Below are positions 10,181 through 20,450 of a stretch of DNA of 64,000 bases, piece by piece; position 1 is the stretch's first letter, and every line of letters starts with the position of its first letter. The position numbers were made by a program, and so were the translations under genes. The notes under the pieces are model-generated. The model was not told the origin of the DNA, did no database searches, and saw only the letters and a program-made list of their open reading frames with translations. The stretch is from an uncultured delta proteobacterium (GTDB taxonomy: Bacteria; Desulfobacterota; Zymogenia; Zymogenales; Zymogenaceae), in assembly GCA_963792965.1 (NCBI GenBank), contig CAWBYW010000013.1, positions 160,677 to 224,676 of the forward strand, given 5' to 3'.

Positions 10181-11083
10181 ATGGTGGAGAAATCGATGGA
10201 CGCCCGGGGATCGGCCCTGGCGGTTTTTTTATGCCTTGTGTTCGGCTCCAACGCCGTGGCGATAAAGCTCTCTCTCTTCGGCCTGACGCCGTATGCCTGC
10301 GTCACGATACGGTTCATCGTGGCGTCCCTCATCATCTACACCTATGCCCGTCTCAAGAAGATACCGATCGCCCTTTCCGCGCGTGACTGGGGGCACGCGA
10401 TCGCGATGGGACTCATCTTCGCGTTTCAGATGGCCGTCTTTTACGTCGGCATCACCTACACGACGGTGTCCCACGCCGGCGTCCTTATGAACACCCAGCC
10501 GTTTTTTGTGGCGATCATGGCGCATTTTTTCCTGGCCGACGACCGGCTGACAGTGCGCAAGGTGATCGGGATCACGCTTGCCTTTGCTGGGGTGGCAATC
10601 CTCTTCTGGACGGAAGAGGAGGGCGCTTCGGTGAGCCTGATAGGTGATGTCCTCGTGACGGGATCGGCGTTTCTCTGGGCGGCCCAGACTATCTATATTA
10701 AGCGGTGGACCGAGCACTGGGACGAGGTGCCGCTCGTGCTTCACCCGATGGTGCTGAGTATCTTTATCTTCCTTGTTTTTTACCTGGTATTTGAATGGGA
10801 CGCCGTGCAGACCTTCGACCGGAACGTTCTGATCTCGCTCTTCTATCAGTCGGTGATTGCGGCCGGATACGGCTATATCGGCTGGACGCAGCTGCTTCTG
10901 AAGTACAAGGCAAGCCACCTGTCGGTCTTCGTCTTTATCATGCCGGTCGCGGCGGTGATTCTCGGCATCATCTTCATGGGCGACCCCTTTTCCTTCAAGA
11001 TCCTGGCAAGCTTAGCCTTCGTGGCGGTGGGGATCTTGGTCGTCAACATCGTCCCGAAAGAGGTCTTCGTGATGCCGGAGTGA
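10181..11083 (+). CDS. DMT/EamA family transporter
   Basis: About 10 TM segments in two EamA-like repeats. Confidence 0.85.
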   Translation: MVEKSMDARGSALAVFLCLVFGSNAVAIKLSLFGLTPYACVTIRFIVASLIIYTYARLKKIPIALSARDWGHAIAMGLIFAFQMAVFYVGITYTTVSHAGVLMNTQPFFVAIMAHFFLADDRLTVRKVIGITLAFAGVAILFWTEEEGASVSLIGDVLVTGSAFLWAAQTIYIKRWTEHWDEVPLVLHPMVLSIFIFLVFYLVFEWDAVQTFDRNVLISLFYQSVIAAGYGYIGWTQLLLKYKASHLSVFVFIMPVAAVILGIIFMGDPFSFKILASLAFVAVGILVVNIVPKEVFVMPE

Positions 11084-11296
11084 GGATCGATCGAGGGTAG
11101 AGCGCGGGAGACGTAATGATATCCGCCGGAAAATATTATCGTCCCCCGAGGGACACAAAGTAGAAATTGCAACGTCGGCGGGGCGGCATCGTGGATATCT
11201 TTAAGAAAACGAAGTTGTATTCACTCTCGTTTCGCCTACCGGCGATTGGGGACCCTGCTCTTTCAAATCCGTTCGGCCTCGGGGCGATTTTCCTTT

Positions 11297-12217
11297 TTAT
11301 AAGTTATTCGGAACGAAACTACGCGGATCCATTGGAATGCCGTTCACTCTGACCTCGTAATGAAGATGAGGCCCTGTACATGCTCCGGTGCATCCTATCG
11401 TCCCTATCTTATCTCCCTTTTTCACTTTGTCTCCCTCTTTAACGATAATGGTTTCCAGATGACCGTAGCGGGTCATGAGGCCGTATCCATGATCAATCGT
11501 CAGAAGATTTCCGTACCCTGTTTCGATGCCGGCGAAAATAACCAGGCCGTCGGCGCCCGCGTGTACCACCGTTCCTGTTTTATTGGCAATATCCAACCCT
11601 TCATGCATCTTTATCCTTCCCGTAAATGGATCGCGACGGAATCCAAAGCCTGAAGTGATAAATCCCCGAGTGGGCCAAATAGAGGGAGTAGAGTCGAGGA
11701 GATCTTCCTGGCCCTCACAAAAGACTAATAGCTCTTGAAGGCTCTTTTCCCGGAGTGAACATTCATTACGGAGCTTATCCATTTCCCCGGCCAATTCGTC
11801 CGTGAGGATCTGATGGCGTCTGCTTAACTCGAACGTACTGGTATCGTCTTCGGGTGTGGGACCTCCAATACCAAAAGGCTGCTCCTTGTCGTTTTCGATT
11901 CCGGCCAAGGCAAGCAGATTGCTTTTTAGCAGCTTGTCATTCTCAATCCGGGAGCTGGTCCCTTCAAACGCCTTATTGAACTCCTTCATTTGTTCCTTGA
12001 GCAGTCCGTTTTCACTTTTCAACGAAAAATATTCCGCCGCCGTATAATGCGCATCAATAGACGTGAATAGTAGCAGCCCAAAAGCGCTCAGGACTCCGAC
12101 GAAGGAAACGATAGCCACGATGACCCCTGTGCCGGTAATCCTGAACTTAAATAACCTGTCCGCATAATCGGTCACCACGATGATGGTATAATAAGTCCTT
12201 TTCACTATCTTCCTCAT
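11297..12217 (-). CDS. M23 family peptidase (TM + coiled coil + M23)
   Basis: PSIWP, HEGLD, TRYGH, GPHLHYEV. Confidence 0.9.
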   Translation of the reverse strand: MRKIVKRTYYTIIVVTDYADRLFKFRITGTGVIVAIVSFVGVLSAFGLLLFTSIDAHYTAAEYFSLKSENGLLKEQMKEFNKAFEGTSSRIENDKLLKSNLLALAGIENDKEQPFGIGGPTPEDDTSTFELSRRHQILTDELAGEMDKLRNECSLREKSLQELLVFCEGQEDLLDSTPSIWPTRGFITSGFGFRRDPFTGRIKMHEGLDIANKTGTVVHAGADGLVIFAGIETGYGNLLTIDHGYGLMTRYGHLETIIVKEGDKVKKGDKIGTIGCTGACTGPHLHYEVRVNGIPMDPRSFVPNNL

Positions 12218-12522
12218 TATGTATGTAGGGAAAGACGAAGAGTCGATTCAGCCTTATTCCATATGCGCTCCCCGCGATATGGCAGCTTCGCAATCTTTTT
12301 TGCCCGGCTTTCTTCATTGAGACGACTTTCATGAATCGCGCGGCGCGTATAGATACGGCGTTAAGCGTATCTTGCCCCGAATGGAGGACGGCCATATTAT
12401 CGGCGCGGATTGTAAGAGGATGGGCCGGTAACGAGCCGTTTGTCCGCTCTCTTGGTCTCTCATGATTTCTCAGTCGTTCGATTCTTCTTGTTTAGAGCAT
12501 GAAACTCGGGCGGCGTAAACGA

Positions 12523-13665
12523 TCATTTTCCTCTTTCTATGACCGCCGTATCGAACACGGTTCCATCGGGCAGGACGGCCCGGAACGTGCACGTTTTCCC
12601 GTCGACATCCATCACAAGGAAATGATGGGCCACTCTCGTGGCGTCCGTCCTCCCCATAAACAGGGTGTAGAAATTATACTTATTGATTTTGTAGAGAGGT
12701 GAACCGCCGCCGCCGGTGATGAAAAACGGAACGCCGGAATAAGTGGTCCCCCGGGCATAGTGGTGATCATGGCCGGAGATGATGGCGGTAACCCCGTAAC
12801 GTCCCATTATTCCCGTAAAGGGCTTCAGTCCCGAGTAGCCCCTGCGGAACCTCCAGTGGCTGATCACCCCCTCGTGGGAGAGTATGAAAACGTGATGGAT
12901 GTCCGGCCGTTTTGACGCATCCTTCAGCAGCCGATAGAGCCTCACGCCCTCCGTAAAGGTAAAGAACGGCCGCTTCGAGTAGATATCCAGGAAGATGAAG
13001 AGATCCCCGCATATCGTCTCGTTAAACGTGATCGAGTCTGAGGGGATGGAGACGGGCCGAATGAAAAACCGTCGAAACATCGTGAAGGCACGATCATACT
13101 CGACGTCGTGGTTTCCCGGCACTCCAAAGATCGGGATATGGTCAAAGAGCTTTTTGCCGGGATCAAATAACTGTCCCTTCCAGTCCTTGGCCTGATTTGA
13201 CCTGTCGACGAAATCACCGAGCATGACGATAAACCGGGGCCGGTACGCGTCAATCCGGGAGAAGATGAGATTCGTGACGCCGGTGTTACCGCGTGTGTCG
13301 CCGAGGAATACGGCGCGATATGGTCCCCGCTCGGGGAGCGTGAAAAACCACGATCGGTGGCCGACGATTCGATTTACCAAGACCGCGTATTCATAGCGAG
13401 TGTCGGGCGCGAGCCCCCCGATCGTCACCACGTGGCGGGTTGCCACGTCCGGCGAGGAGATCTCCCTCTCCAACCCCGTGGGATCGGAGAGCACCACCGA
13501 TCCCGCCGCGGCGTTGTCGGTCTCCCACACAACGGTCATCGTGTTGGGACCGGGCAGCTCCAGAAGAGGGCCGATGGTGATCTCTGAGCCCAAGGCGGTG
13601 GCCGCAAAAAAGAAAATCAGAACAGTCACGGCCGTCAACATGATCCATATGATTCCATTCTTCAT
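12523..13665 (-). CDS. Secreted metallophosphoesterase with N-terminal FN3/purple-acid-phosphatase-type domain (paralog A1)
   Basis: Signal peptide; GDTR, GDFV, GNHD, SHE, GHDHHY, TGGGG. Confidence 0.85.
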   Translation of the reverse strand: MKNGIIWIMLTAVTVLIFFFAATALGSEITIGPLLELPGPNTMTVVWETDNAAAGSVVLSDPTGLEREISSPDVATRHVVTIGGLAPDTRYEYAVLVNRIVGHRSWFFTLPERGPYRAVFLGDTRGNTGVTNLIFSRIDAYRPRFIVMLGDFVDRSNQAKDWKGQLFDPGKKLFDHIPIFGVPGNHDVEYDRAFTMFRRFFIRPVSIPSDSITFNETICGDLFIFLDIYSKRPFFTFTEGVRLYRLLKDASKRPDIHHVFILSHEGVISHWRFRRGYSGLKPFTGIMGRYGVTAIISGHDHHYARGTTYSGVPFFITGGGGSPLYKINKYNFYTLFMGRTDATRVAHHFLVMDVDGKTCTFRAVLPDGTVFDTAVIERGK

Positions 13666-13857
13666 GGGGGATGACTCCCTATCGATCTCAGCAACTATTG
13701 GTGAGGAACATGCGTATTATCCGAGGTTCCCCATACCAACCCTGACATGGGATCGTTCAATCCAATATCCTCGAAAGAGGTCCTCGCGATGCTGGAGTGA
13801 GGAGTCCGGCCAGTCTTGTCCGAGCTCCTTCTTTTAGGAGGTTACCGCACGGCATGA

Positions 13858-14977
13858 CTATTGCGGCTTGTGTCTCACCGACTTCCGATTGCTCACCCGC
13901 ACGGATGAAAAGAACCAAATGCCGAGAAGGCATGATACTAATCCACCGGAGCCCATAATCGGCATCTCCCATTTTTCTTCATGCTCAAAGAAGGCAAAGG
14001 CCTGCGTGAGCATCGTCTTTTTCATTACGTAGAACGGGCGCTTCTGACTTTTACCTATATAGATCCGTTCATTCACGTTTCTTGTGACCGGATCAACCTG
14101 GATGAGCATGGCGTGATATGAGCCTTCCTTCTCGTTTTTCGCCTTGTTCGCGAACTTATCGGTCCCTCCCCCTGAGATAAGGAAGACCGTGTTTCTGACT
14201 TTGGCGCGAAAATAGGAATGGAAATCCCCCGAGATGACGTAATCGACGTTGTTGTTCTCGACCAGCGATAGGAATTCCTTTTCCCCCAGCATCTTCCTGC
14301 TCCTGATGGCAGGTGAGATGGTATGTGGCGGTATATGCGTGAAGACAAACGTCATGAGGGTGCCTTTCTGCCTATGCGAAAGGGCCTCGGCAAGGTACGC
14401 GACGTGGCTGTCGGTTTCTATATCGTTGAGTATGACGAAGAGACACCCGTGGTAGTAAAACGAAAAATCGGCCGGGCCGTAAGTCCTTTCAAAGTCCTTC
14501 AGGGTAAAGGAATACCACCTGTTCCGGGCTATATTCGGCTCGGTGACGATGTCGTGATTGCCGCAGACGAGAAATACCGGCTCATGAATTCCCCAGGTGG
14601 GGAAATCCATCATGAATTCCTTATGAGACTCTGTTTTAGCGGGTCTCACATTGTCGCCTAATAGAACGCCGAAATTTGGAGAATCACCTTTAATGTCGTC
14701 GCGATAGATGGCCGGGAAGAAATCGTTTTGCTGCATATCTCCCACAATGAAGAAGGAGAAGGGAGCAGAATCGGAATCGGTTTTCTTGAGTAAATCGATA
14801 TTGTCCTGCTTATTTCCGAGGAACGCCGGCAACTTCACCCGCTCGCGAGACTCGCCGTATATAATCGACGCCGCGCCATAGCTCAAAGAGAGCAATGAGA
14901 TCAACAGGAGGAGTGAAAATGATTATTGACTTAATGTCGAAAATTTTCTTAGACATGCTCCGTTTTTCACTATTCAT
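13858..14977 (-). CDS. Membrane-anchored metallophosphoesterase (paralog B1); apparent frameshift at ~14915 in the N-terminus
   Basis: GDMQ, GDNV, GNHD, HIPP, GDFH; alignment with 17247-18386 restores the N-terminus from the ATG at 14977. Confidence 0.8.
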
Positions 14978-15080
14978 CTCTATCATTGAAATTCTTTTGC
15001 GGGAAGATAAGTCACCCGACTGTTAGCAAAATAGACTACTACCCTTTCGGGAACATTACAAAAGGATTAGATAGCTATAA
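13896..15080. repeat. Copy 1 of a ~1.2-kb direct repeat (gene B plus upstream region)
   Basis: Visibly near-identical to 17312-18496, including the non-coding CTTTCGGGAACATTACAA...GATTAGATA. Confidence 0.85.
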
Positions 15081-15189
15081 TCTTTATCTATTAATAATCT
15101 TTCGCCGATGAGGCGGCCGCCTTTGTCGCCTTTATCGCGCCTGATAGTGTCCGAACCTCGACACCGCTCGACCACAGAAGTAGAAAATT

Positions 15190-16323
15190 CTATCTCTTGC
15201 TCTTTCGTATCGTGGTCCTGTCGATTACTTTTCCGTTTTCCTCAATGGCGGTAAAGGTCACCACGTCTCCGCGAACGTCCATGAGGAGCATGTGGTAGGT
15301 CTTGAGTGCGAACACTTTCCTGCCGGTAAGGATCGCAAAGGGATTGTAATTTTCGATGTCATAGAGTGGGGCACCCCCGCCGCCCGTGATGATGAACGGG
15401 ACCCCCGAGTAGGTGTTCCCCCGGACATAGTGGTGATCGTGACTGGTGATGAGTGCGGTCACCCCGCGTCGTCCCATGACGCCGGTAAAAAGCTTCAGAC
15501 CGAAAAATCCCCTGCGCGAGTTTGAGTAATCCAAGACCCCTTCGTGGGAAAGGACGAAGATGTGCCGTACGCGCGGGTCCCGCGAGGCCTCCTTGAGCGT
15601 GTGGAGAAGCCACATTCCTTCGGTGAAGGCAAAAAACGGCCTGACGGTGTAGACATCAAGGACGACAAATAAGTCGCCTCCGAGAGAAAACGTATAATAG
15701 AGCCTTCCCTCAGGTGTGCTCTTCGGAGGGGGGAAATAGTGTGCGTAGAGATCGGCCCGTCCTTTCTCGTCGAGATCATGATTGCCGAGCACGGCCACCA
15801 ACGGGATATGATCGAAGACATCTCTTCCCACGTCGAACAGGTACTTTTTCCATACGGCCCCGCCCCACGTGCCGTGGATCATGTCGCCGAGATGTACGAT
15901 GAGATAGGGGTGGTTTTTTTCAATCAGCAAGAGAAGCTTCCTAAAGGTCTTGGGGTTGTCCCTCGAATCACCCATGAGTGCTATGCGATATGAATCATCC
16001 CCGTCGAAGGTGACAAAAGAGGCCTCATGGATAACGCTCCCCCCTCCCACTACTTGATACTTATAACTCGTTCCTGGCTTGAGTCCCGATAGAGTGACCA
16101 GATGGTAGACTCCCTTTTCCAGGGAGGGCACCTCCGTCTTTTTCCCCGATGGGTCGGTAAGGATGACGGAGGAATTTACGGGAATGTCCGTCTCCCACAT
16201 GACGGCCATCGTGTCGCTGCCGGGGCGTTCCAGCACCGGACCGATGGTTATCTCCGCACCGGATGCCAGAGCGGCGGCATATAGATTGAGTACCAGTATC
16301 ACTGCGATAATACTTCTTTTCAT
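15190..16323 (-). CDS. Secreted metallophosphoesterase with FN3-type domain (paralog A2)
   Basis: Signal peptide; GDSR, GDMI, GNHD, SHDHHY; colinear with A1. Confidence 0.85.
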   Translation of the reverse strand: MKRSIIAVILVLNLYAAALASGAEITIGPVLERPGSDTMAVMWETDIPVNSSVILTDPSGKKTEVPSLEKGVYHLVTLSGLKPGTSYKYQVVGGGSVIHEASFVTFDGDDSYRIALMGDSRDNPKTFRKLLLLIEKNHPYLIVHLGDMIHGTWGGAVWKKYLFDVGRDVFDHIPLVAVLGNHDLDEKGRADLYAHYFPPPKSTPEGRLYYTFSLGGDLFVVLDVYTVRPFFAFTEGMWLLHTLKEASRDPRVRHIFVLSHEGVLDYSNSRRGFFGLKLFTGVMGRRGVTALITSHDHHYVRGNTYSGVPFIITGGGGAPLYDIENYNPFAILTGRKVFALKTYHMLLMDVRGDVVTFTAIEENGKVIDRTTIRKSKR

Positions 16324-16479
16324 GCTTTTCGTGCCCTGTGTCGTCAGATTCATTTCAATCTACTTAATCTTACGACTGTTTTTTAGTTTTCGCCTCTATG
16401 GCATCGCGGGTTCAATGTAGGCCTTGCTTGCATAAGAAAGGCCGGATTACTCCGGCCTTTCCGTGTGAAGTCGGGATAT

Positions 16480-17079
16480 TTACCTGTCTCGGTCTCCCCA
16501 CCATTCGTGGTCGCCTTCCTTTTCGTGGTTACCCTCGCGGGCGCCTTCGCATTCATGACCCCACTTGCCTCTCTCCCCGCAGATTCCGAATCCTCCACCA
16601 AATCCGGGGCCGAACCCGGCACCGAAACCGGGGCCACCCATAGGACCGAAGCCCGGCTCCATAAAGGCATACGGATCGGCCTTGAGCTGCTCGTCAGTCA
16701 ATAGCGCACGAGCACTATTGCGAAACTCCCGGAAGAGAGGGATGTTCTTATCGGCAAGGGCCTTGATTTCGTCCTGGGCCTTATCGATTGCGTTGATGTC
16801 CGGTTTTTCGGCGAGATACAGCTTTTTCAGCTCGAACTCCTTTTTCACGATTTCGTCGGTGTTTTTTTCTTTGTCGGTGAATAGCTTCTCCTGGAGATCA
16901 ATCAGCTTGGTCTTCTGTTCCGTGGTCAGTTTGAGCTCGTCCGTGTATCCAACGTATCCCTTATCCTTATCCCGACCAAAACACCACGGCTCTTTACCCC
17001 GCCGATCTTTATCACAGCCCGCGCCAATGATCAGTAGCAGCGTAACCAAGGCAAGAACCATGTAATTATACTTTTTCAT
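16480..17079 (-). CDS. Spy/CpxP/ZraP-like periplasmic lipoprotein with a Gly-Pro-Phe and His/Glu-rich tail
   Basis: Lipobox-like IGAGC; LTTEQ and LTDEQ motifs. Confidence 0.75.
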   Translation of the reverse strand: MKKYNYMVLALVTLLLIIGAGCDKDRRGKEPWCFGRDKDKGYVGYTDELKLTTEQKTKLIDLQEKLFTDKEKNTDEIVKKEFELKKLYLAEKPDINAIDKAQDEIKALADKNIPLFREFRNSARALLTDEQLKADPYAFMEPGFGPMGGPGFGAGFGPGFGGGFGICGERGKWGHECEGAREGNHEKEGDHEWWGDRDR

Positions 17080-17246
17080 CCGTTCTGCTCCTTTCTTGCT
17101 GTGGTGCTTTTTGTTATCTCAACACGTCGAAACGCGCTATGTGCACCAGAGCTTTTTGTCGCATTTGTCTCGATATCCTTATCCTAATCTCCCTCAGCCA
17201 GTCCCCCACCCATCGATATGTTAGCCTCGATTATGAGTGTTCCTCC

Positions 17247-18386
17247 TTATCTCTTATATTGTAGCGGCGTAAAGTCGTCACGGGTCGTTCTTTCCTGCTT
17301 TCTGCTGTGTGCCCGCACGGATGAAAAGAACCAGATACCCAGAAGACATGATGCCAGTCCGCCGGAGCCCATGATCGGCGTTTCCCATTTTTCATCGTGC
17401 TCAAAGAAGGCAAAGACCTGCGTGAGCATTATCTTTTTCATCGTGTAGACCGGGCGCTTCTCACTCTTGCCTATATAGATCCGTTCATTGACATTTCTTG
17501 TGACCGGGTCGACCTGGATGAGCATGGCCTGATATGAGCCTTCCTTCTCGTTTTTCGGCTTGTTCGCAAACTTATCTGTCCCTCCCCCTGAGATGAGGAA
17601 GATCGTGTTCCTGACCTTGGCGCGAAAATAGGAATGGAAATCCCCCTCGATGACGTAATCGACGTTGTTATTCTCGACCAGTGACAAGAATTCTTTTTCT
17701 CCCAGCATCTCCTTACTGCTAATGGCGGGCGAGATCGTGTGTGCCGGTATATGCGTGAAGACAAACGTCATGAGGGTGTCTTTCTTCCTGTGCGAGAGGG
17801 CGTCGGCAAGGTAGGCAACGTGGCTGTCGGTGTCCACATCGTTGAGGATGACGAAGAGACATCCATGGTAGTAAAAGGAAAAATCAGCCGGGCCGTAGGT
17901 CTTTTCAAAGTCTTTCAGGGTAAAGGAGAACCACCTGTTGTTGGCGATATCCGTCTTGGTGACGATTTCGTGATTGCCGCACACGAGAAACACCGGCACG
18001 TTGACGCCCCATGTGGGGAAATCCATCATGAATTGTGCGTGATCCTCCGCTTTTGGATTCTTAACGAAGTCTCCAAGGATGAGGCCGAAATTGGGGGAGT
18101 CGCTCTTGATGTCGTTTTTGTAGATACCGGGGAAGAAGTCGCCTAATTGCGTATCCCCGACGACAAAGAAGGAAAAGGGAGAATCGCCCGTATTGCTCTT
18201 CCCGAGAAGGTCGATGTTCTCCGTCTTGTTTCCCAGGAACGCCGGCAGCTTCACCTGTTCGTGAGACTCGCCGTATATAATCGACGCCGCGCCGTAGCTC
18301 AAAGAAAGCAATGAGATCAACAGGAGAAAGAAGATGATTGCTGATTTTATACCAAAGACTTTCCTGAGCATGTTCCGCTCTTTCAT
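17247..18386 (-). CDS. Membrane-anchored metallophosphoesterase (paralog B2)
   Basis: GDTQ, GDFV, GNHE, HIPA, GDFH; N- and C-terminal hydrophobic segments. Confidence 0.85.
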   Translation of the reverse strand: MKERNMLRKVFGIKSAIIFFLLLISLLSLSYGAASIIYGESHEQVKLPAFLGNKTENIDLLGKSNTGDSPFSFFVVGDTQLGDFFPGIYKNDIKSDSPNFGLILGDFVKNPKAEDHAQFMMDFPTWGVNVPVFLVCGNHEIVTKTDIANNRWFSFTLKDFEKTYGPADFSFYYHGCLFVILNDVDTDSHVAYLADALSHRKKDTLMTFVFTHIPAHTISPAISSKEMLGEKEFLSLVENNNVDYVIEGDFHSYFRAKVRNTIFLISGGGTDKFANKPKNEKEGSYQAMLIQVDPVTRNVNERIYIGKSEKRPVYTMKKIMLTQVFAFFEHDEKWETPIMGSGGLASCLLGIWFFSSVRAHSRKQERTTRDDFTPLQYKR

Positions 18387-18496
18387 TACGTATCTCCATC
18401 AATTGAATTTTCTTGCGGGATGATGAGCCGTCCAACCGCTAATAGAATAGGCTACAATCCTTTCGGGAACATTACAATACGATTAGATAATTATAA
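17312..18496. repeat. Copy 2 of the ~1.2-kb direct repeat
   Basis: See copy 1. Confidence 0.85.
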
Positions 18497-18741
18497 TAAG
18501 GCGCGATTGCGGCGGGTTCAGGGCCGGTGGGGCGCCTTCTTCAGAAGCATTGCCTGAACTTTGGTATTGCCAATAACGGTGTCATTTGATATATCTCCTA
18601 CAGGCACGCCTGAGCCCGGCGCCATCATACGCGCCGGGCCGGACCCGTCCGCGAGACACGCGGTCGCCACATGAGGCCGTCGCTTCATAGCTGTCTCTGG
18701 TCTTATCGCCGGCACGTCATGAACCGACCGTGGCCGGTCTT

Positions 18742-19689
18742 ATGGAGATGAGCCTGCAAACCATCGTTACTGTCGTCGGCATCGCCGCCGCGGTTGTCAT
18801 CGTCCTTAATCTCATCGCCTCTTTTGTGCTGTCGGTATACCTGTGTCGGCCGAAAAAGAAGACCTACCTCGACGACTACTTCTTTACCCCGTTTGAGACG
18901 GGCGTCCCCTACGAGTCCGTTTCATTTCAGACCAAAGACGGCGTCGGCCTCTCGGGGTGGTGGCTTGCCGGCACGGGGGACCGGGTGGTAGTGGGGTTAA
19001 CGGGCAGGGGAGGCATCAAGTCTGAGCTATTGGGGGTGGGAAGTTTTCTTGCCAAGGCCGGCTTCCATGTCCTCCTCTTTGACTTCCGGGGGAGGGGACA
19101 GAGCGAGACGGCACCGATCGGCATGGGGGGCCGCGAGGTGACCGACGCCCTGGCGGCGATTGATTTTGTATACGAAAAACTACCGTCGGCACGCGTCGGG
19201 CTCATCGGTTTTTCGATGGGGGCGACCGTCGCGATCCTCACGGCGGCGGCCGATCCAAGGGTTACGGCCATCGTCCTGGATTGCCCCTATCATAACGCGG
19301 GCGATCTTGTCCGGACAAGGCTCAGGCGCTTCTTCCCCATAACCCGTGCCGTCTTCATGCGCAGCCTGACGAGGATGTGGGCCCGCGTCCTGTTCGGGTA
19401 TGACTTCGGGGGGATTGAGGTACTCTCCCGTGCGGCACGCCTTACGGTACGGGGTGCGCTTGTGATCGTCTCGGGAAAGGACTCGGTCGTGCCGCCCTCC
19501 CAGCAGCGTCGGGTCTTCGAGGCACTCCCGTCCCCGAAGGAGCTCTGGGAGGAGAGAGAGTCCGATCATTGTGGGACCTACTTTTTGGACAGGGAGCGAT
19601 ACGTCCGGCGGGTTATCGAGTTTTTCAACGGGACTCTCGGCCCGCAGACGGACGGGCGCCGGCCTCGGGGTAACGGCCCCGCCCGATAG
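18742..19689 (+). CDS. Membrane-anchored alpha/beta hydrolase
   Basis: FDFRGRGQS, GFSMG nucleophile elbow, D (GKDSVV) and H (SDHC); start uncertain. Confidence 0.85.
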   Translation: MEMSLQTIVTVVGIAAAVVIVLNLIASFVLSVYLCRPKKKTYLDDYFFTPFETGVPYESVSFQTKDGVGLSGWWLAGTGDRVVVGLTGRGGIKSELLGVGSFLAKAGFHVLLFDFRGRGQSETAPIGMGGREVTDALAAIDFVYEKLPSARVGLIGFSMGATVAILTAAADPRVTAIVLDCPYHNAGDLVRTRLRRFFPITRAVFMRSLTRMWARVLFGYDFGGIEVLSRAARLTVRGALVIVSGKDSVVPPSQQRRVFEALPSPKELWEERESDHCGTYFLDRERYVRRVIEFFNGTLGPQTDGRRPRGNGPAR

Positions 19690-20046
19690 AGCCGTCGCCC
19701 CCATTAACTGTGCTACCCACAGCTTCCTTCAGGCATTCGGAAGATGTCTCATGCGGCGTTGCATGTTGCGCTTATGCAGCAATCAACGTGCGGACCACAT
19801 TGTCCGATTCAAGCATACGGTTACTATAAGTAATTGATATCAATAGAGTTTTTTCCCTCGCTCGATTCCGCCCAAAATCCGAGTATTATATTTTGTATAT
19901 ATTTCAACACGCCGGCACGATGATGCAACATCACTTACCGATGCGCCCAGGAACCGCATTTTTGACCAAAAAAAGAAAGAAACGGGGCAAAAAAGACCCC
20001 AAAACCGCCCAAATTGCCGCGTATCATTTCTCATAAATCCCATTGT

Positions 20047-20062
20047 TGGCATATATGTTGCT
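20047..20062 (+). promoter_or_regulatory. sigma54 (-24/-12) promoter
   Basis: TGGCAT-ATATG-TTGCT (GG-N10-GC), ~50 nt upstream of GTG 20112; imperfect palindrome GGGGC-AAAAAA-GACCCC at 19984-20000. Confidence 0.75.
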
Positions 20063-20111
20063 TACTCCTTAAGCATGAGTGCAAATGCTTCATCGTTTTG
20101 AGGAGTATGAC

Positions 20112-20375
20112 GTGAAACTGATCACCGACCACCACCAGGCCCGACGGCTCGCGCGGACGATCATCTCGGATATAACGATCTACAATAGTAAGAAAATCAA
20201 GGAAGGCCTCAAGAATGATAACCTCTTTGATCTCTTAAGAAAGGAGATAGAGCAGGGCAGGAGGGTATACGAAAGCAGGGTCTCCCCGGACATCACCGAG
20301 GCGGGCAGGTTCTATGATCATGCGATTGTCGACGTTATGCTGATACAGTCCATTGACTCCGAAAGCAGGATTTGA
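20112..20375 (+). CDS. Small 87-aa protein resembling Myxococcus RomX-family proteins
   Basis: GAGGAG RBS + GTG; ARRLARTIISDITIYN...NDNLFDLLRKEIEQGR...FYDHAIVD; family assignment is from memory. Confidence 0.6.
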   Translation: MKLITDHHQARRLARTIISDITIYNSKKIKEGLKNDNLFDLLRKEIEQGRRVYESRVSPDITEAGRFYDHAIVDVMLIQSIDSESRI

Positions 20376-20450
20376 TTCGGGCAAAGTTCAGCCTTTGCTA
20401 TATGAACACGAACCATCCGTATGAGGGTGCTGTCATTTTGAACATCATGA

